A stretch of 64,000 nt of DNA from an uncultured Gemmatimonadales bacterium (GCA_963851265.1 CAWKNZ010000002.1:1024001-1088000); one strand, 5' to 3'. Shown: positions 43,523 to 54,109, numbered from the stretch's first letter. Made by a program: numbers and translations. The notes: a model not told the origin generated them from the letters alone.

Positions 43523-43843
43523 TATGCGCGACTCGCGCCGGACAAAGGGGGACGCCGGCCTTGATATCGGCCTTCGTATGGGCCATCGCTCGGCATGCAC
43601 GTTCGGCCGGGCGCCTCATCGCACTGTCGCAACGCTGATCCTCGAACGCGCGAACGAGGGAATGTTTTCAATATCTGACACCTTTCCCTCGGTAAACGAG
43701 AGCAGAACGAAACCGATTGCGCAGACTCACCCGGCGTGCATAGGTCGACCACGGCCTGCCGCCGAAGCCCGCCGTGTACCACCGTCGCACACCATAAAGC
43801 CCACACGCGCGAACCGATCGCGCCTGATCGGAACCGACTCACC

Positions 43844-44625
43844 ATGGACAGCGCCTCGCACTTCAGCTTTGTCGCGCGTACGGACACCGCGGACCTGCCA
43901 GAACGCACGGGCGCGACCGCGGTCGAACGCATCGCCGTGCGGACGGTCGCCCGAGAGATTGCCGCGATGCCGGCGTCGATGGTCGTCCAACTCGCGCTCT
44001 GGCCAGATGAACTCGCGCGGTGGTCGCGCAGCACACGCACGGATACTTCGGTCGTGTACAACGCCCTCGCAGGTCGGAAGCCGTACCGCGCGGTGCGCGA
44101 ACGACTCGCCGCACGGCTCGGTGTCTCACCGGGCGTGCTCGGGCAACTCATCGACGCGGCGCGCCCGCTCCCGACGAGCCAGCGCGACCCCGACGCGCCG
44201 CCCCCGGCCGAGCCGAGCGCCAGCTGGGACGAACCGCCGTACCCCGCCCACCGCACCGGATCCAATCCGTCGAGCGCCGCGCCGCGGCAACGGTCGCGCG
44301 CGAGATCGCCGCGCTGCCGGCTAGCACGGTCGTCGGGCTCGCGCTCTGGCCCGAAACGCTGGCGGCGTGGTCACGCGAGCGGAAGCTCGCGGCTTCCGTC
44401 GTCTGGGCCGTCCTCGCCGGCACGCCGAGTGCGCCCGTGCGCGACATGCTCGCTCGACGGCTCGGCGTCTCGATGCGCGATCTCGGCGCGCTCATAGACG
44501 CGCGACGGCAGGAGCCGGCGGGGCGTCGCGCGTCGGCCGGCGGCGCGGACACCGGAACGTCCGAGACGCCCGACGAGGTCCTGTCCGTCGACGCGACCTC
44601 CGAAGGCGCCCCACGTCCGGATTAG
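43844..44625 (+). pseudogene. Tandem-duplicated HTH-like (Cro/XRE/Ner-like) domain gene interrupted by a -1 frameshift near 44242-44245
   Basis: Two ~81-aa units about 60% identical lie in different frames (43922-44164 and 44269-44508). The cause may be a sequencing error, a pseudogene or recoding. Confidence 0.6.
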
Positions 44626-44636
44626 ATTGCCGCAAC

Positions 44637-47381
44637 ATGCACGCCGCCGACATCCGATCACGGTTCCTCGAGTTCTTCGCGCGCCAGAACCACGCCGTCC
44701 GGCCGAGCGCCTCGCTCGTGCCCGCGGACGACCCGACCCTGCTGTTCACCAACGCCGGGATGGTCCCGTTCAAGCGCGTCTTCCTCGGTCAGGAGGAGCC
44801 GCCGACGCCCGCGCGACGCGCGACGACGGCGCAGAAGTGCGTGCGTGCCGGCGGCAAGCACAACGACCTCGAACAGGTGGGGCACACGGCCCGGCACCAC
44901 ACCTTCTTCGAGATGCTCGGGAACTTCTCGTTCGGAGACTATTTCAAGCGTGACGCGATCCGCTTCGCGTGGGACTTCGTCACCGGCGACCTCGGGATCC
45001 CGCGCGAGCACCTGCGCGTGAGCGTGTTCCACGAGGACGACGAGGCGCGCGCGCTCTGGCGGGAGATCGCCGGGCTGCCCGACTCGCGGATCTACGGCCT
45101 CGGCGCGAAGGACAACTTCTGGCAGATGGCCGACACCGGGCCGTGCGGCCCGTGCACGGAGATCTACGTCGACCTCGCGGCGGTGGCGCGCGACTACCGC
45201 CTCCCGGACGGCGCGGCCGGCGAGTGGGCGGACCTCGGGCGCGCGGAGTTCTCGACCGATGCGTTCGCCGAGGGGGCGGAGGCTGGCCGGTTCCTCGAGA
45301 TCTGGAACCTCGTGTTCATGCAGTACGACCGGCAGCTCGACGGGACGCTCGTGCCGCTCCCGCGGCCGAGCGTCGACACCGGGGCCGGCCTGGAGCGCAT
45401 CGCCGCCGTGATGCAGGGCGTGACCAACAACTTCCACACCGACGTCTTCGCGCCGCTGATCGCAGCCGTCGAAGCCGCCGTAGGGAAGTCGTACCGAGGG
45501 CGCGAGTCCGACGCGGTCGTCGAGGGCGTCGATCCGGCGTCGTTCCGCGTGCTCGCCGACCACGCCCGTGCGGTTGCGTTCCTCCTCGCCGACGGCGTCT
45601 TCCCCTCCAACGACGGGCGCGGATACGTGCTGCGCCGCATCCTCCGGCGCGCGGTCCGGCACGCGTATCTGTTAGGCAGGACGAGCGAGCCGACGCTCTA
45701 CCGCGTGGTCGAGGCGGTGGTCGCGTCGATGGGCGACGTGTACCCGGAGCTGCGCATGCGCGCCGAGTACCTCGTGGCGACCACGCGCGCCGAGGAGGAG
45801 CGCTTCCTCGCGACCATCGCCGGCGGGCTCGCGCGCTTCGAGGAGCTCGCCCCGGTGCATTCGACGCAGGGCTCGACGTCCCTGCGCGGAGAGATCGACG
45901 GCGAGGAGGCGTTCCGGCTGTACGACACGTTCGGGTTCCCGATCGACCTGACCGAACTCATGGCCGGCGAGCGCGGGTACCGCGTGGACGTGGCGGGCTT
46001 CGAGCGTGCGCTCGGCCGCCAGCGCACGCAGTCGCAGGAGGAGCGACGCTCGCGCAACATCGCCGTTTCGGCCGACACGCTCGGCGACCTCGCGGCGTGG
46101 CAGCGCGACGGCGTGCCGATCGAGGAGGCCGGCCGCTTCGTCGGGTACCAGCGCGTGAGCGTCGAGACCGATGTGGCCGCACTTCGCGACGTGGGCGGCG
46201 GTCGCGTGGCGGTGCTGCTGCGCGAGGCGCCGTTCTACGCGGAGAGCGGGGGGCAGGTGAGCGACCACGGCGAGATCGTCGGCGACGGGTGGCGCGTGGA
46301 CGTGGACGAGGTGCGCAAGGTCGACGGGCGGATCGTCGCGTTAGGCGTCGCGCGCGGAACGCCGACCTTCGGCCGCGTGTTGGCGCGCGTGCCGGCCGAC
46401 CGGCGCCGGGACACCGAGCGGAACCACACGGCGACGCACCTCCTGCACGCCGCGCTGCGCCAGGTCCTCGGCGAGCACGTGCACCAGGCCGGGTCGGTGG
46501 TCGAGCCGGACCGGCTCCGCTTCGACTTCACGCACCACGGGCCCGTCCGAGCGGCCGAGATCGACGAGGTCGAGGCGATCGTCAACCGCGGGATCTGGAG
46601 CGATGCGCCGGTCGGGATCACGGAGAAGGCGTACGCCGACGCGCTCGCGCAGGGCGCGATGGCGCTGTTCGGTGAGAAGTACGGCGACGTCGTGCGCGTG
46701 GTCGAGATTCCCGAGCTGTCGACCGAGCTCTGCGGCGGGACGCACGTCCGGCACACGGCGGAGATCGGGCTCTTCCGCGTCGTCCAGGAGACCGGCGTCG
46801 CGGCCGGCGTGCGCCGCGTCGTCGCACTCACGGGCCCCCGCGCGTACGAACATCTCCGGGCGCGGGAGCGCACGCTCGACGAGGTCGCGAGCGTGCTCAA
46901 GACGCCGGCCGACCAGGCCGTGCGGCGCGCGCAGGCGCTCGTCGACGAGCGACGGCAGCTCGAACGCCGGCTGGACGAGGCGCAACGCGGCGGCGGCGCG
47001 ACGCAGGTCCAGACGCTCGCAGCAGCCGCGGCACCGCTCGGCGTCGGCGCGCGGTTCGTGGCGCGCGAAGTCCAGGCCGGCGACGTCGACGCGCTCAAGT
47101 CGTTGGGCGACGCGGTGCGCGAGCAGCTTCCCGACGGAATCGGCGTGCTTGGCGCGCGTACCGACGACGGGAAAGCGATGCTGCTCGCCGTCGTGGGCGA
47201 CGCGTTGCGCGAACGGGGGATTCGCGCGGACGAGGCCGTGCGGCGCGTGGCCGCGGCGGTCGGTGGACGCGGAGGCGGCAAGCCGCACATGGCGCAGGCC
47301 GGTGTGCCGGATCCCGCGCGCCTTGGTGAGGCGCTCGCGGCGGCTGAAGCGGCGCTCGGACCGCTGGTCGACGCGCGGTGA
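44637..47381 (+). CDS. alaS: Alanine--tRNA ligase
   Basis: LLFTNAGM, HHTFFEMLGNFSFGDYFK, GPCGPC, EIWNLVFMQ, HTATHLLH, ELCGGTH and GGRGGG. Confidence 0.99.
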   Translation: MHAADIRSRFLEFFARQNHAVRPSASLVPADDPTLLFTNAGMVPFKRVFLGQEEPPTPARRATTAQKCVRAGGKHNDLEQVGHTARHHTFFEMLGNFSFGDYFKRDAIRFAWDFVTGDLGIPREHLRVSVFHEDDEARALWREIAGLPDSRIYGLGAKDNFWQMADTGPCGPCTEIYVDLAAVARDYRLPDGAAGEWADLGRAEFSTDAFAEGAEAGRFLEIWNLVFMQYDRQLDGTLVPLPRPSVDTGAGLERIAAVMQGVTNNFHTDVFAPLIAAVEAAVGKSYRGRESDAVVEGVDPASFRVLADHARAVAFLLADGVFPSNDGRGYVLRRILRRAVRHAYLLGRTSEPTLYRVVEAVVASMGDVYPELRMRAEYLVATTRAEEERFLATIAGGLARFEELAPVHSTQGSTSLRGEIDGEEAFRLYDTFGFPIDLTELMAGERGYRVDVAGFERALGRQRTQSQEERRSRNIAVSADTLGDLAAWQRDGVPIEEAGRFVGYQRVSVETDVAALRDVGGGRVAVLLREAPFYAESGGQVSDHGEIVGDGWRVDVDEVRKVDGRIVALGVARGTPTFGRVLARVPADRRRDTERNHTATHLLHAALRQVLGEHVHQAGSVVEPDRLRFDFTHHGPVRAAEIDEVEAIVNRGIWSDAPVGITEKAYADALAQGAMALFGEKYGDVVRVVEIPELSTELCGGTHVRHTAEIGLFRVVQETGVAAGVRRVVALTGPRAYEHLRARERTLDEVASVLKTPADQAVRRAQALVDERRQLERRLDEAQRGGGATQVQTLAAAAAPLGVGARFVAREVQAGDVDALKSLGDAVREQLPDGIGVLGARTDDGKAMLLAVVGDALRERGIRADEAVRRVAAAVGGRGGGKPHMAQAGVPDPARLGEALAAAEAALGPLVDAR

Positions 47382-47385
47382 TTGC

Positions 47386-47700
47386 GTGAGCGAGGCGAGT
47401 CGCGCGGACGTCGCGCCCGAGGCACTCGAGCGGCGCGTTCGGCAACTCCTCGAGTCTTCAGGCGGCCCCGCGACGTCACCGGTCGAGCGACACCTGACGG
47501 CCGCCGAGCAAACGGTCGCGCGCCTGTTACGCGATCAGTCCACGTCGCGTGCGTCGGCGCTCGACCTGCTCGCGGCCGACGCACTCGCGACGTACGCGTT
47601 CGAACTTGCCGCCGACGACCCGGACACGATCCCGGAACTCGCCATCGCGGCGATGGCGCGTTTCGCCGCGCTCGCCGCTGCCGCACCGCCCGACGTCTGA
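47386..47700 (+). CDS. Hypothetical helical protein
   Basis: GTG 4 nt after the alaS stop; protein-like sequence (RASALDLLAADALATYAFE); fills the gap to gmhA. Confidence 0.6.
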   Translation: MSEASRADVAPEALERRVRQLLESSGGPATSPVERHLTAAEQTVARLLRDQSTSRASALDLLAADALATYAFELAADDPDTIPELAIAAMARFAALAAAAPPDV

Positions 47701-47742
47701 CGCGGTGCGGCTCCCCGCGGCGAACCCCTTCCTGCTCCTTCG

Positions 47743-48348
47743 ATGACGTCTGCACATTCTCCCTCCGTTGCGTCCGCCGCCGTGTCACCCGCCGAGGTCG
47801 TCGGCGCCCTGCGCGAGCTCGCCGACCTCGCTGCGCGCACGGCGGATACTCTGGCGGACGATGTCGCGGTTGCCGCGACGCTCGTGCGCGACACCGTGCG
47901 CGGTGGCGGAACGCTGTATTTCTGCGGCAACGGCGGGAGCGCTGCCGACGCGCAGCACATGGCGACCGAATACGTGATTCGCTACCGTCGCAATCGGCGG
48001 GCGTATCCTGCTGTCGCATTCACGACCGACTCGTCGCTCCTCACCGCGTGCGGCAACGACTTCGGCTTCGACCAGGTGTTCGCGCGGCAGGTGGAAGCGT
48101 TCTGCCGTCCCGGCGATCTGCTGGTCATCCACTCGACGAGCGGCAACTCGCCCAACGTGCTGCGCGCGGCCGAGGCGGCGCGAGAGGCGGGCGTGCGCGT
48201 GCTCGCGTTCTCCTCGCGCGACGGTGGTGCGTTGCGCGCGCTCGCGGACCACAACGTCGTGATCCCGACCGACCGGACGGAGCGCGCGCAGGAGCTACAC
48301 ATGTGCATCGAACACCTGATCTGCGACCTCGTCGAGGCCGAGCTGTGA
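47743..48348 (+). CDS. gmhA: D-sedoheptulose 7-phosphate isomerase
   Basis: CGNGGSAADAQH, GNDFGF, STSGNSPNV and QELH. Confidence 0.93.
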   Translation: MTSAHSPSVASAAVSPAEVVGALRELADLAARTADTLADDVAVAATLVRDTVRGGGTLYFCGNGGSAADAQHMATEYVIRYRRNRRAYPAVAFTTDSSLLTACGNDFGFDQVFARQVEAFCRPGDLLVIHSTSGNSPNVLRAAEAAREAGVRVLAFSSRDGGALRALADHNVVIPTDRTERAQELHMCIEHLICDLVEAEL

Positions 48349-49100
48349 TCGACCTCCGCGGGCGGCGCGCCGTGGTGAGCGGGGCGTCGCGCGGCATCGG
48401 CGCGGCCGCGGTTCGGCTGCTCGCGGGCGCGGGTGCCGACGTGGTCGTGGGCTACCGCGCGCGCGCGCACGACGCCGAAGCCGTGGCCGCGGAGGCGCGC
48501 GCGACCGGGGCGCGCGCGGTGACGTGCGCCGCAGACCTCGACACGCGGGCCGGGTGCGACGCGCTGGTGCAGGCCGGCGTCGACGCGTTCGGCGGGATCG
48601 ACATCGTCGTGATCAACCATGGCGTGTGGCCCGCCGAGGAGGTCGCCGTCGCGGCGATGGACGACGCGCGGTGGAGCGCGACGATGCGCGCCGACCTCGA
48701 CTCGGTGTTCTGGCTCTCGCGCGCGGCGGCCGGCGCGTTAGGCGCGGGCGGACGGCTCGTGCTCGTGTCCAGCACGGCCGGGCAGCGTGGCGAGGCGTTC
48801 CACGCCGACTACGCGGCGGCGAAGGGCGCCATGATCAGCTTCGTCAAGTCGCTCGCCGTCGAACTTGCGCCGCGCGACGTGACCGTCAACTGCGTCGCGC
48901 CGGGGTGGGTCGACACCGAGATGACCGACTCGGCGCTCCGAGGCGGCGGCCGCGCGCGCATCGCGGGCACGATCCCGATCGGACGCGTCGCGAGCGCCGA
49001 GGACGTCGCGGGCCCGATCGTATTCCTCGCGTCGCCGCTCGCGCGCCATGTGACGGGTGAGGTGCTCAACGTGAACGGCGGGAGCGTACTGTGCGGCTGA
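48345..49100 (+). CDS. Short-chain dehydrogenase/reductase (FabG-like)
   Basis: GASRGIG, YAAAK, VNCVAPG and VTGEVLNVNGG. Confidence 0.93.
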   Translation: MIDLRGRRAVVSGASRGIGAAAVRLLAGAGADVVVGYRARAHDAEAVAAEARATGARAVTCAADLDTRAGCDALVQAGVDAFGGIDIVVINHGVWPAEEVAVAAMDDARWSATMRADLDSVFWLSRAAAGALGAGGRLVLVSSTAGQRGEAFHADYAAAKGAMISFVKSLAVELAPRDVTVNCVAPGWVDTEMTDSALRGGGRARIAGTIPIGRVASAEDVAGPIVFLASPLARHVTGEVLNVNGGSVLCG

Positions 49101-50128
49101 GCGCGCCCGGCGCGGCAGACGCGCCGGGCACCGATGCCGGCGCGCGCCGCCCGCGCGTCGTCGCGCTGTTCACCGGCGGAACGATCTCGATGCGCGTGGA
49201 CCCGACGGCGGGCGGCGCCGTCCCGGCGCTCTCGGCGGACGAGATCCTCGCCGCGGCGCGCGGCGTCGATGGCGTGGCGGACGTGCGCGCCGAGGGCTGG
49301 GGCCGCTTTCCGGGGCCGCACATGACCGTCGAGCGCCAGTGGGCGCTTCGGCACCGCATCGCCGTGCTGCTCGACGACGCCGAGGTCGACGGGCTCGTGG
49401 TCACGCACGGCACCGACACGCTCGAGGAGACCGCGTACCTCGTCGCACGCTCGATCGCGTCTCCCAAGCCGGTCGTATTTACCGGGGCGATGCGCTCCGC
49501 GAGCGACCTCGGGTGGGACGGGCCGCAGAACCTGCTCGACGCCGTGCGCGTTGCCGCCGCGCCGGCGAGCGCGGGTCAGGGAACGCTGGTCGTGATGGGC
49601 GGCCGCATCTTCGCCGCGCTCGAAGACACGAAGGCGCACACGCACCAGCTCGACGCGTTCGAGGCGCCCGGCCTGGGACCGTTAGGCGTGATCGACGAGG
49701 ACCGCGTGCTGTTCCGCCGAAGCCTCGTCAACGTGCCCGCACCGCTCAACCCTGCCGCGCCGGGCGACCCGGTCGACATCGTCGGGAGTTGGGCGGGCGC
49801 CGACGCGCGGCTGCTGGATGCGTCGCTCGCGAGCGGCGCACGCGGCGTCGTGATCGCCGCGATGGGGCGCGGCAACCTGCCCCCCGCGATGGTACCGGGC
49901 GTCGAGCGGTGGCTCGACGCGGGCCGACCGGTCGTGATCGCGTCGCGTGCGCCGCGGGGGCGCGTCGGACAGACCTACGCGTACCCGGGCGGCGGCCGCA
50001 AGCTGTGGGAGATGGGCGCGATGTTCGCCGGCGCGCGGCGCCCGGCGCAGGCGCGGATCGACCTCATGCTGGCGATCGGCGTGTCGGCCGATGCGACCCG
50101 GCTGCGCGAGCTGTTCGACGCGCGTTAG
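49091..50128 (+). CDS. Asparaginase
   Basis: TGGTI, HGTDTLEETAY, TGAMR and DGPQNL. Confidence 0.93.
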   Translation: MRLSAPGAADAPGTDAGARRPRVVALFTGGTISMRVDPTAGGAVPALSADEILAAARGVDGVADVRAEGWGRFPGPHMTVERQWALRHRIAVLLDDAEVDGLVVTHGTDTLEETAYLVARSIASPKPVVFTGAMRSASDLGWDGPQNLLDAVRVAAAPASAGQGTLVVMGGRIFAALEDTKAHTHQLDAFEAPGLGPLGVIDEDRVLFRRSLVNVPAPLNPAAPGDPVDIVGSWAGADARLLDASLASGARGVVIAAMGRGNLPPAMVPGVERWLDAGRPVVIASRAPRGRVGQTYAYPGGGRKLWEMGAMFAGARRPAQARIDLMLAIGVSADATRLRELFDAR

Positions 50129-50158
50129 CCCCGTCGCACCGTCCCGTCCCGAGCCGGT

Positions 50159-51517
50159 GTGAGCGAGCCGCCCCCCACCTCGGCGCGCGCGCTCGCCGGG
50201 CGCCTGCGCCCGCCCGAGGGCGTGCTCGAGATCGCGGGCCGCCTCGAGCGCGCGGGGTACGAGGCGTGGTGCGTCGGCGGGGCCGTGCGCGACGTCCTGC
50301 TCGGGCACCCGTCGCTGGACTGGGACCTCGCGACGTCCGCCGAGCCCGCGGTCGTCCAGGAGCTGTTCCGGCGAACGGTACCCAAGGGCGTCGAGTTCGG
50401 TACCGTCGGTGTGTTCGACCGCACCGGCGTGCTGCACGAGGTCACGACGTTCCGCCGCGACGTGCAGACCGACGGTCGGCACGCGGTGGTCGCGTTCGGG
50501 GCCTCGCTCGTGGACGACCTCGCACGCCGCGACCTCACGATCAACGCGATCGCGTTCCGACCCGCGACCGGAGAGATCGCGGACCCGTTCGACGGCGTCG
50601 GCGACGCGCGGCGTCGCCTCGTCCGCGCCGTCGGCGATGCGCCGACGCGTATGCGCGAGGATCGGCTGCGCGCGCTGCGCGCGATCCGATTTGCGGCGCG
50701 ATTCGAGTTCGAGATCGACCGGGATACCTGGCTGGCGATCGTCGCGAGCGCGCCGCACCTCGGCCGGCTCTCGCCGGAGCGCGTACGCGAGGAGATCGAC
50801 AAGACGATGCGACAGGTTCGTCTGCCGTCCGCGGCGCTTCTCCGGTGGCGCGACGCCGGCGCGCTCGCGGTTCTCGTGCCCGCACTCGCCACACAATCCG
50901 AGATCGCGTTCCGAACGGTCGACTGTCTCGCCGCGCCCACGCTCGCCGGCCGGCCGCAGCGACTGCCGAACCGGCTCGCCGCGGCCTGGCTCGGCATCCC
51001 GCGGGCCGACGTCGAGCGGGGCCTGCGTGCGCTCCGCGCCAGCAACCACGAGGTGCGATGGACCGCTGATCTGACGCAACGCGCCGCGGCGTTGCTCGAT
51101 CGCGCGCGCGTCGAGCTCGTGTCTGAGCACGGCGCATCGGACGCGGAGCTGCGGCGGTGGGCGGCGATCTGCGGGCGCACGCTCGCCGCGGCGACGTTTC
51201 GGCTCGTGGCCGCCCGGTTCGCGGCGGAACGTGCGCCCGGGGCAGATTCCGCAGGCGACCGCGCGGGTCCTCCGATTCCTGGTGCCGCGCGTGTGCGGTC
51301 GACCTACCGCCGGCTCGTGCGGATCGCTTACCGTGACCCGATCGAGCTCGCCGACCTCGCCGTCTCGGGAAGCGACCTGCCCGGCGTTGGTGTGACGGCG
51401 GGGCCGGCCGTGGGCGCTACGTTGCGACAGCTTCTCGACGACGTGGTCGAAGACCCGGCGCGCAACACGCGCGCGTGGCTGCTCGCCCGAGCGGCCGCGC
51501 TCGCCGACCGCGCGTAG
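50159..51517 (+). CDS. CCA tRNA nucleotidyltransferase / poly(A) polymerase family protein
   Basis: VGGAVRD, DWDLAT, EVTTFR, DLARRDLTINA, EDRLRALRAIRF and SPERVREE. Confidence 0.93.
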   Translation: MSEPPPTSARALAGRLRPPEGVLEIAGRLERAGYEAWCVGGAVRDVLLGHPSLDWDLATSAEPAVVQELFRRTVPKGVEFGTVGVFDRTGVLHEVTTFRRDVQTDGRHAVVAFGASLVDDLARRDLTINAIAFRPATGEIADPFDGVGDARRRLVRAVGDAPTRMREDRLRALRAIRFAARFEFEIDRDTWLAIVASAPHLGRLSPERVREEIDKTMRQVRLPSAALLRWRDAGALAVLVPALATQSEIAFRTVDCLAAPTLAGRPQRLPNRLAAAWLGIPRADVERGLRALRASNHEVRWTADLTQRAAALLDRARVELVSEHGASDAELRRWAAICGRTLAAATFRLVAARFAAERAPGADSAGDRAGPPIPGAARVRSTYRRLVRIAYRDPIELADLAVSGSDLPGVGVTAGPAVGATLRQLLDDVVEDPARNTRAWLLARAAALADRA

Positions 51518-51587
51518 GCACGTAGGCCGTTCGGTCCGACCAGCCAGGTCCACGGACTCGTCCGGCTTCACCCGCTCCCTCTACGCG

Positions 51588-52139
51588 ATGCTCTTCCGCG
51601 GCCGACAGCCCGCCGCCAGCGTGTGGCGCCGCTTCCGCTCCGACGCCGACGAATTCACGGCAGTCGAGGCGGACGGATATATGGAGATTCGCGTTGACGC
51701 CAATGCGGACCGCGCGGTCGACCTGCTGAACGCGCTCGCGGAGCAACTTCCGCCTGCGGTCGACGTCTACGTCGAGGATGTGCGTGGCCGTCGCGCGTGG
51801 CGCGGCACCGACGTCGCACTGCCCGACGTGCGTGAAAGCATTTCGCGCCTGAAGGTGCCGCTCGCCGCGTACGGCGGAGTTGAGTTCGCGATCTACACCG
51901 CGGACGACCAGATCACGCTTGCGGCCGATCTCACGCTATACGTCTACTCGCGGACCGACCGCTGGATCTACGTCCTCCAGAGCTTCGGACTCATCGAGTC
52001 GCGGACGCCGTCGCGAGACAGCTACGAACTGCTGCGCGACGAGCTCGGCGACGCGCCTGAACTCGCGGACGCCCTCGTCACCGTCGCGGACCGTATGAGT
52101 TTGCCCGCCGTCGGATCGACCGTGGCGACGCGCGCGTGA
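51588..52139 (+). CDS. Hypothetical protein
   Basis: 183-aa globular-looking ORF with typical codon use; its stop overlaps the rarA start (GTGA). Confidence 0.75.
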   Translation: MLFRGRQPAASVWRRFRSDADEFTAVEADGYMEIRVDANADRAVDLLNALAEQLPPAVDVYVEDVRGRRAWRGTDVALPDVRESISRLKVPLAAYGGVEFAIYTADDQITLAADLTLYVYSRTDRWIYVLQSFGLIESRTPSRDSYELLRDELGDAPELADALVTVADRMSLPAVGSTVATRA

Positions 52140-53551
52140 CTGCCCGGCGCCGCGGTGCGCCCGCCGCGCCGGGCGACTCGCTCTTCGGGACGGCGCGCGA
52201 GGCGGCGGCTCCGCTCGCGTCGCGCATGCGGCCTCGCACGCTCGAGGAGTTCGTCGGACAGCAGCACCTGTTGGGGCCGGGCCGACCACTCGGTGACTCG
52301 ATTCGGCGAGGGACCGTGCGTTCGATGATTCTCTGGGGTCCGCCGGGCACCGGGAAAACAACGCTCGCCCGCCTGGTCGCGGGGTACACCGATCGGATGT
52401 TCGTGCCGTTCTCGGCCGTGACCGAAGGCGTTCCGCGTGTGCGCGAGATCGTCGGGGAGGCTGCGGAGCGGTGGCAGCGCGAGGGGCGGGGAACGATTCT
52501 GTTCGTCGACGAGATCCATCGCTTCAACCGCGGACAGCAGGACGCGTTCCTTCCGCATGTCGAGAGCGGTACGGTCACGCTGATCGGCGCGACGACGGAG
52601 AACCCGTCGTTCGAACTCGTCGGCGCGTTGCTGTCGCGCGCGCACGTGTTCGTGCTCGAGCCGCTGGGCGCGGACGCGCTCGTGTCCCTCGTTCGGACCG
52701 CGCTCGCCGACGCCGAGCGCGGCCTCGGCTCGCTCGCGTTGCGGGCCGACGAGGACGCGGTCGCGCTGCTGGCCGAGCTCGCCGACGGTGACGCGCGGCG
52801 CGCGTTGACGACGCTGGAATCGGCCGCGGACCTCGCGGGAGCGGGGGGGCAGATCACGACCGCGCTCATTCGCGACGCACTCCAGCGGCGCGTGCCCCGG
52901 TACGACAAGGCGGGCGAGGAGCACTACAACATCATCTCGGCGTATCACAAGGCGCTGCGGGGTAGCGATCCGCAGGGGGCGTTGTACTGGCTGGCCCGGA
53001 TGATCGAAGGCGGCGAGGACCCTATGTACATCGCGCGGCGAACGGTGCGCTTCGCCGTCGAGGACGTCGGACTCGCCGACCCCAACGCGCTGCGCCTCGC
53101 AATCGCCGCGCGTGACGCGTATCAGTTTCTCGGTTCGCCCGAAGGCGACCTGGCTCTGGCCGAGGCCGCTGTCTACCTGGCGACCGCGCCGAAGTCGAAT
53201 CGGGTGTACGCGGCGTGGAAGGCTGCGCTCGCGGCGGCGCGCGAGTCCCCGGCCGAGCCGGTGCCGCTGCACATCCGGAACGCGCCGACGGGCCTGATGC
53301 GCGAACTCGGGTACGGCGCGGGGTATGAATACGCGCACGATGTGCCCGAGGCGTACATCGCGCAGGAGTATCTCCCGGATCGACTCCGCGGCGCGGCGTT
53401 CTACGAGCCCGGGCCGCACGGCTTCGAGCGGGACGTGGCGCGACGCCTCGCGTGGTGGGCCGACCTCAAGGCCCGCGCGGCGGGAGACGCCGAAGGGCCC
53501 GAATCGACGAACGACCCTACGACCAGCCGCGACGTCGGCAAGGAGGCATGA
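52136..53551 (+). CDS. rarA: Replication-associated recombination protein A
   Basis: [58 protein letters not shown] and QEYLP. Confidence 0.97.
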   Translation: MTARRRGAPAAPGDSLFGTAREAAAPLASRMRPRTLEEFVGQQHLLGPGRPLGDSIRRGTVRSMILWGPPGTGKTTLARLVAGYTDRMFVPFSAVTEGVPRVREIVGEAAERWQREGRGTILFVDEIHRFNRGQQDAFLPHVESGTVTLIGATTENPSFELVGALLSRAHVFVLEPLGADALVSLVRTALADAERGLGSLALRADEDAVALLAELADGDARRALTTLESAADLAGAGGQITTALIRDALQRRVPRYDKAGEEHYNIISAYHKALRGSDPQGALYWLARMIEGGEDPMYIARRTVRFAVEDVGLADPNALRLAIAARDAYQFLGSPEGDLALAEAAVYLATAPKSNRVYAAWKAALAAARESPAEPVPLHIRNAPTGLMRELGYGAGYEYAHDVPEAYIAQEYLPDRLRGAAFYEPGPHGFERDVARRLAWWADLKARAAGDAEGPESTNDPTTSRDVGKEA

Positions 53552-54033
53552 TGCGACATATCACGCGTGGGACCGCAGTCGCCGTCGTGGCCGCCGCGGC
53601 GATCGCGGCGACCGGATGCGCCAGCCTCGGGCACTCAGTGTTCGCGACACCAATCGTCTCGTTCAACACCGTCGAGGTGAACGGGCTCGGCCTGCAGGGC
53701 GGCAGTCTCGACGTCGTTCTGAGCGTGTACAACCCGAACCACTACGGGCTCAGCGCGCAGCGCATGGACTACCAGGTGCTCGTCGATTCGGTGCCGCTCG
53801 GGACGGGCGCGATCACGCGCAAGTTCGACGTGCACGGCGGCGACTCCACCCAGGTGCGGCTTCCCGTCACGTTCACCTACGCCGGCCTCGGCAGCGCCGG
53901 CCGTGCGCTGCTCGCACGCGGCGTCGTCAACTACCGCGTGCTCGGTAACATTACGGTCGGCACGCCGGTCGGCAATTTCACGCGCCCGTTCGACCGCACC
54001 GGGCAGTACAACAGCATCGGCGGCTTTCACTAA
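53548..54033 (+). CDS. LEA type 2 (WHy domain) lipoprotein
   Basis: Lipobox ATGC, VYNPN motif, beta-rich; SD AGGAGG. Confidence 0.85.
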   Translation: MMRHITRGTAVAVVAAAAIAATGCASLGHSVFATPIVSFNTVEVNGLGLQGGSLDVVLSVYNPNHYGLSAQRMDYQVLVDSVPLGTGAITRKFDVHGGDSTQVRLPVTFTYAGLGSAGRALLARGVVNYRVLGNITVGTPVGNFTRPFDRTGQYNSIGGFH

Positions 54034-54109
54034 CCGCCCGCGTCGCGGCGATCGTGCCGCTTCGTTCCGTTAGTCATACCACGTCACACACGCAGACAGA
54101 GGCCATCCC

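Noticed and set aside
43535..43600. GGGACGC...CCGGCCT resembling a c-di-GMP-I riboswitch
   Set aside because: It lacks the GCAAA, GNRA tetraloop and receptor architecture.
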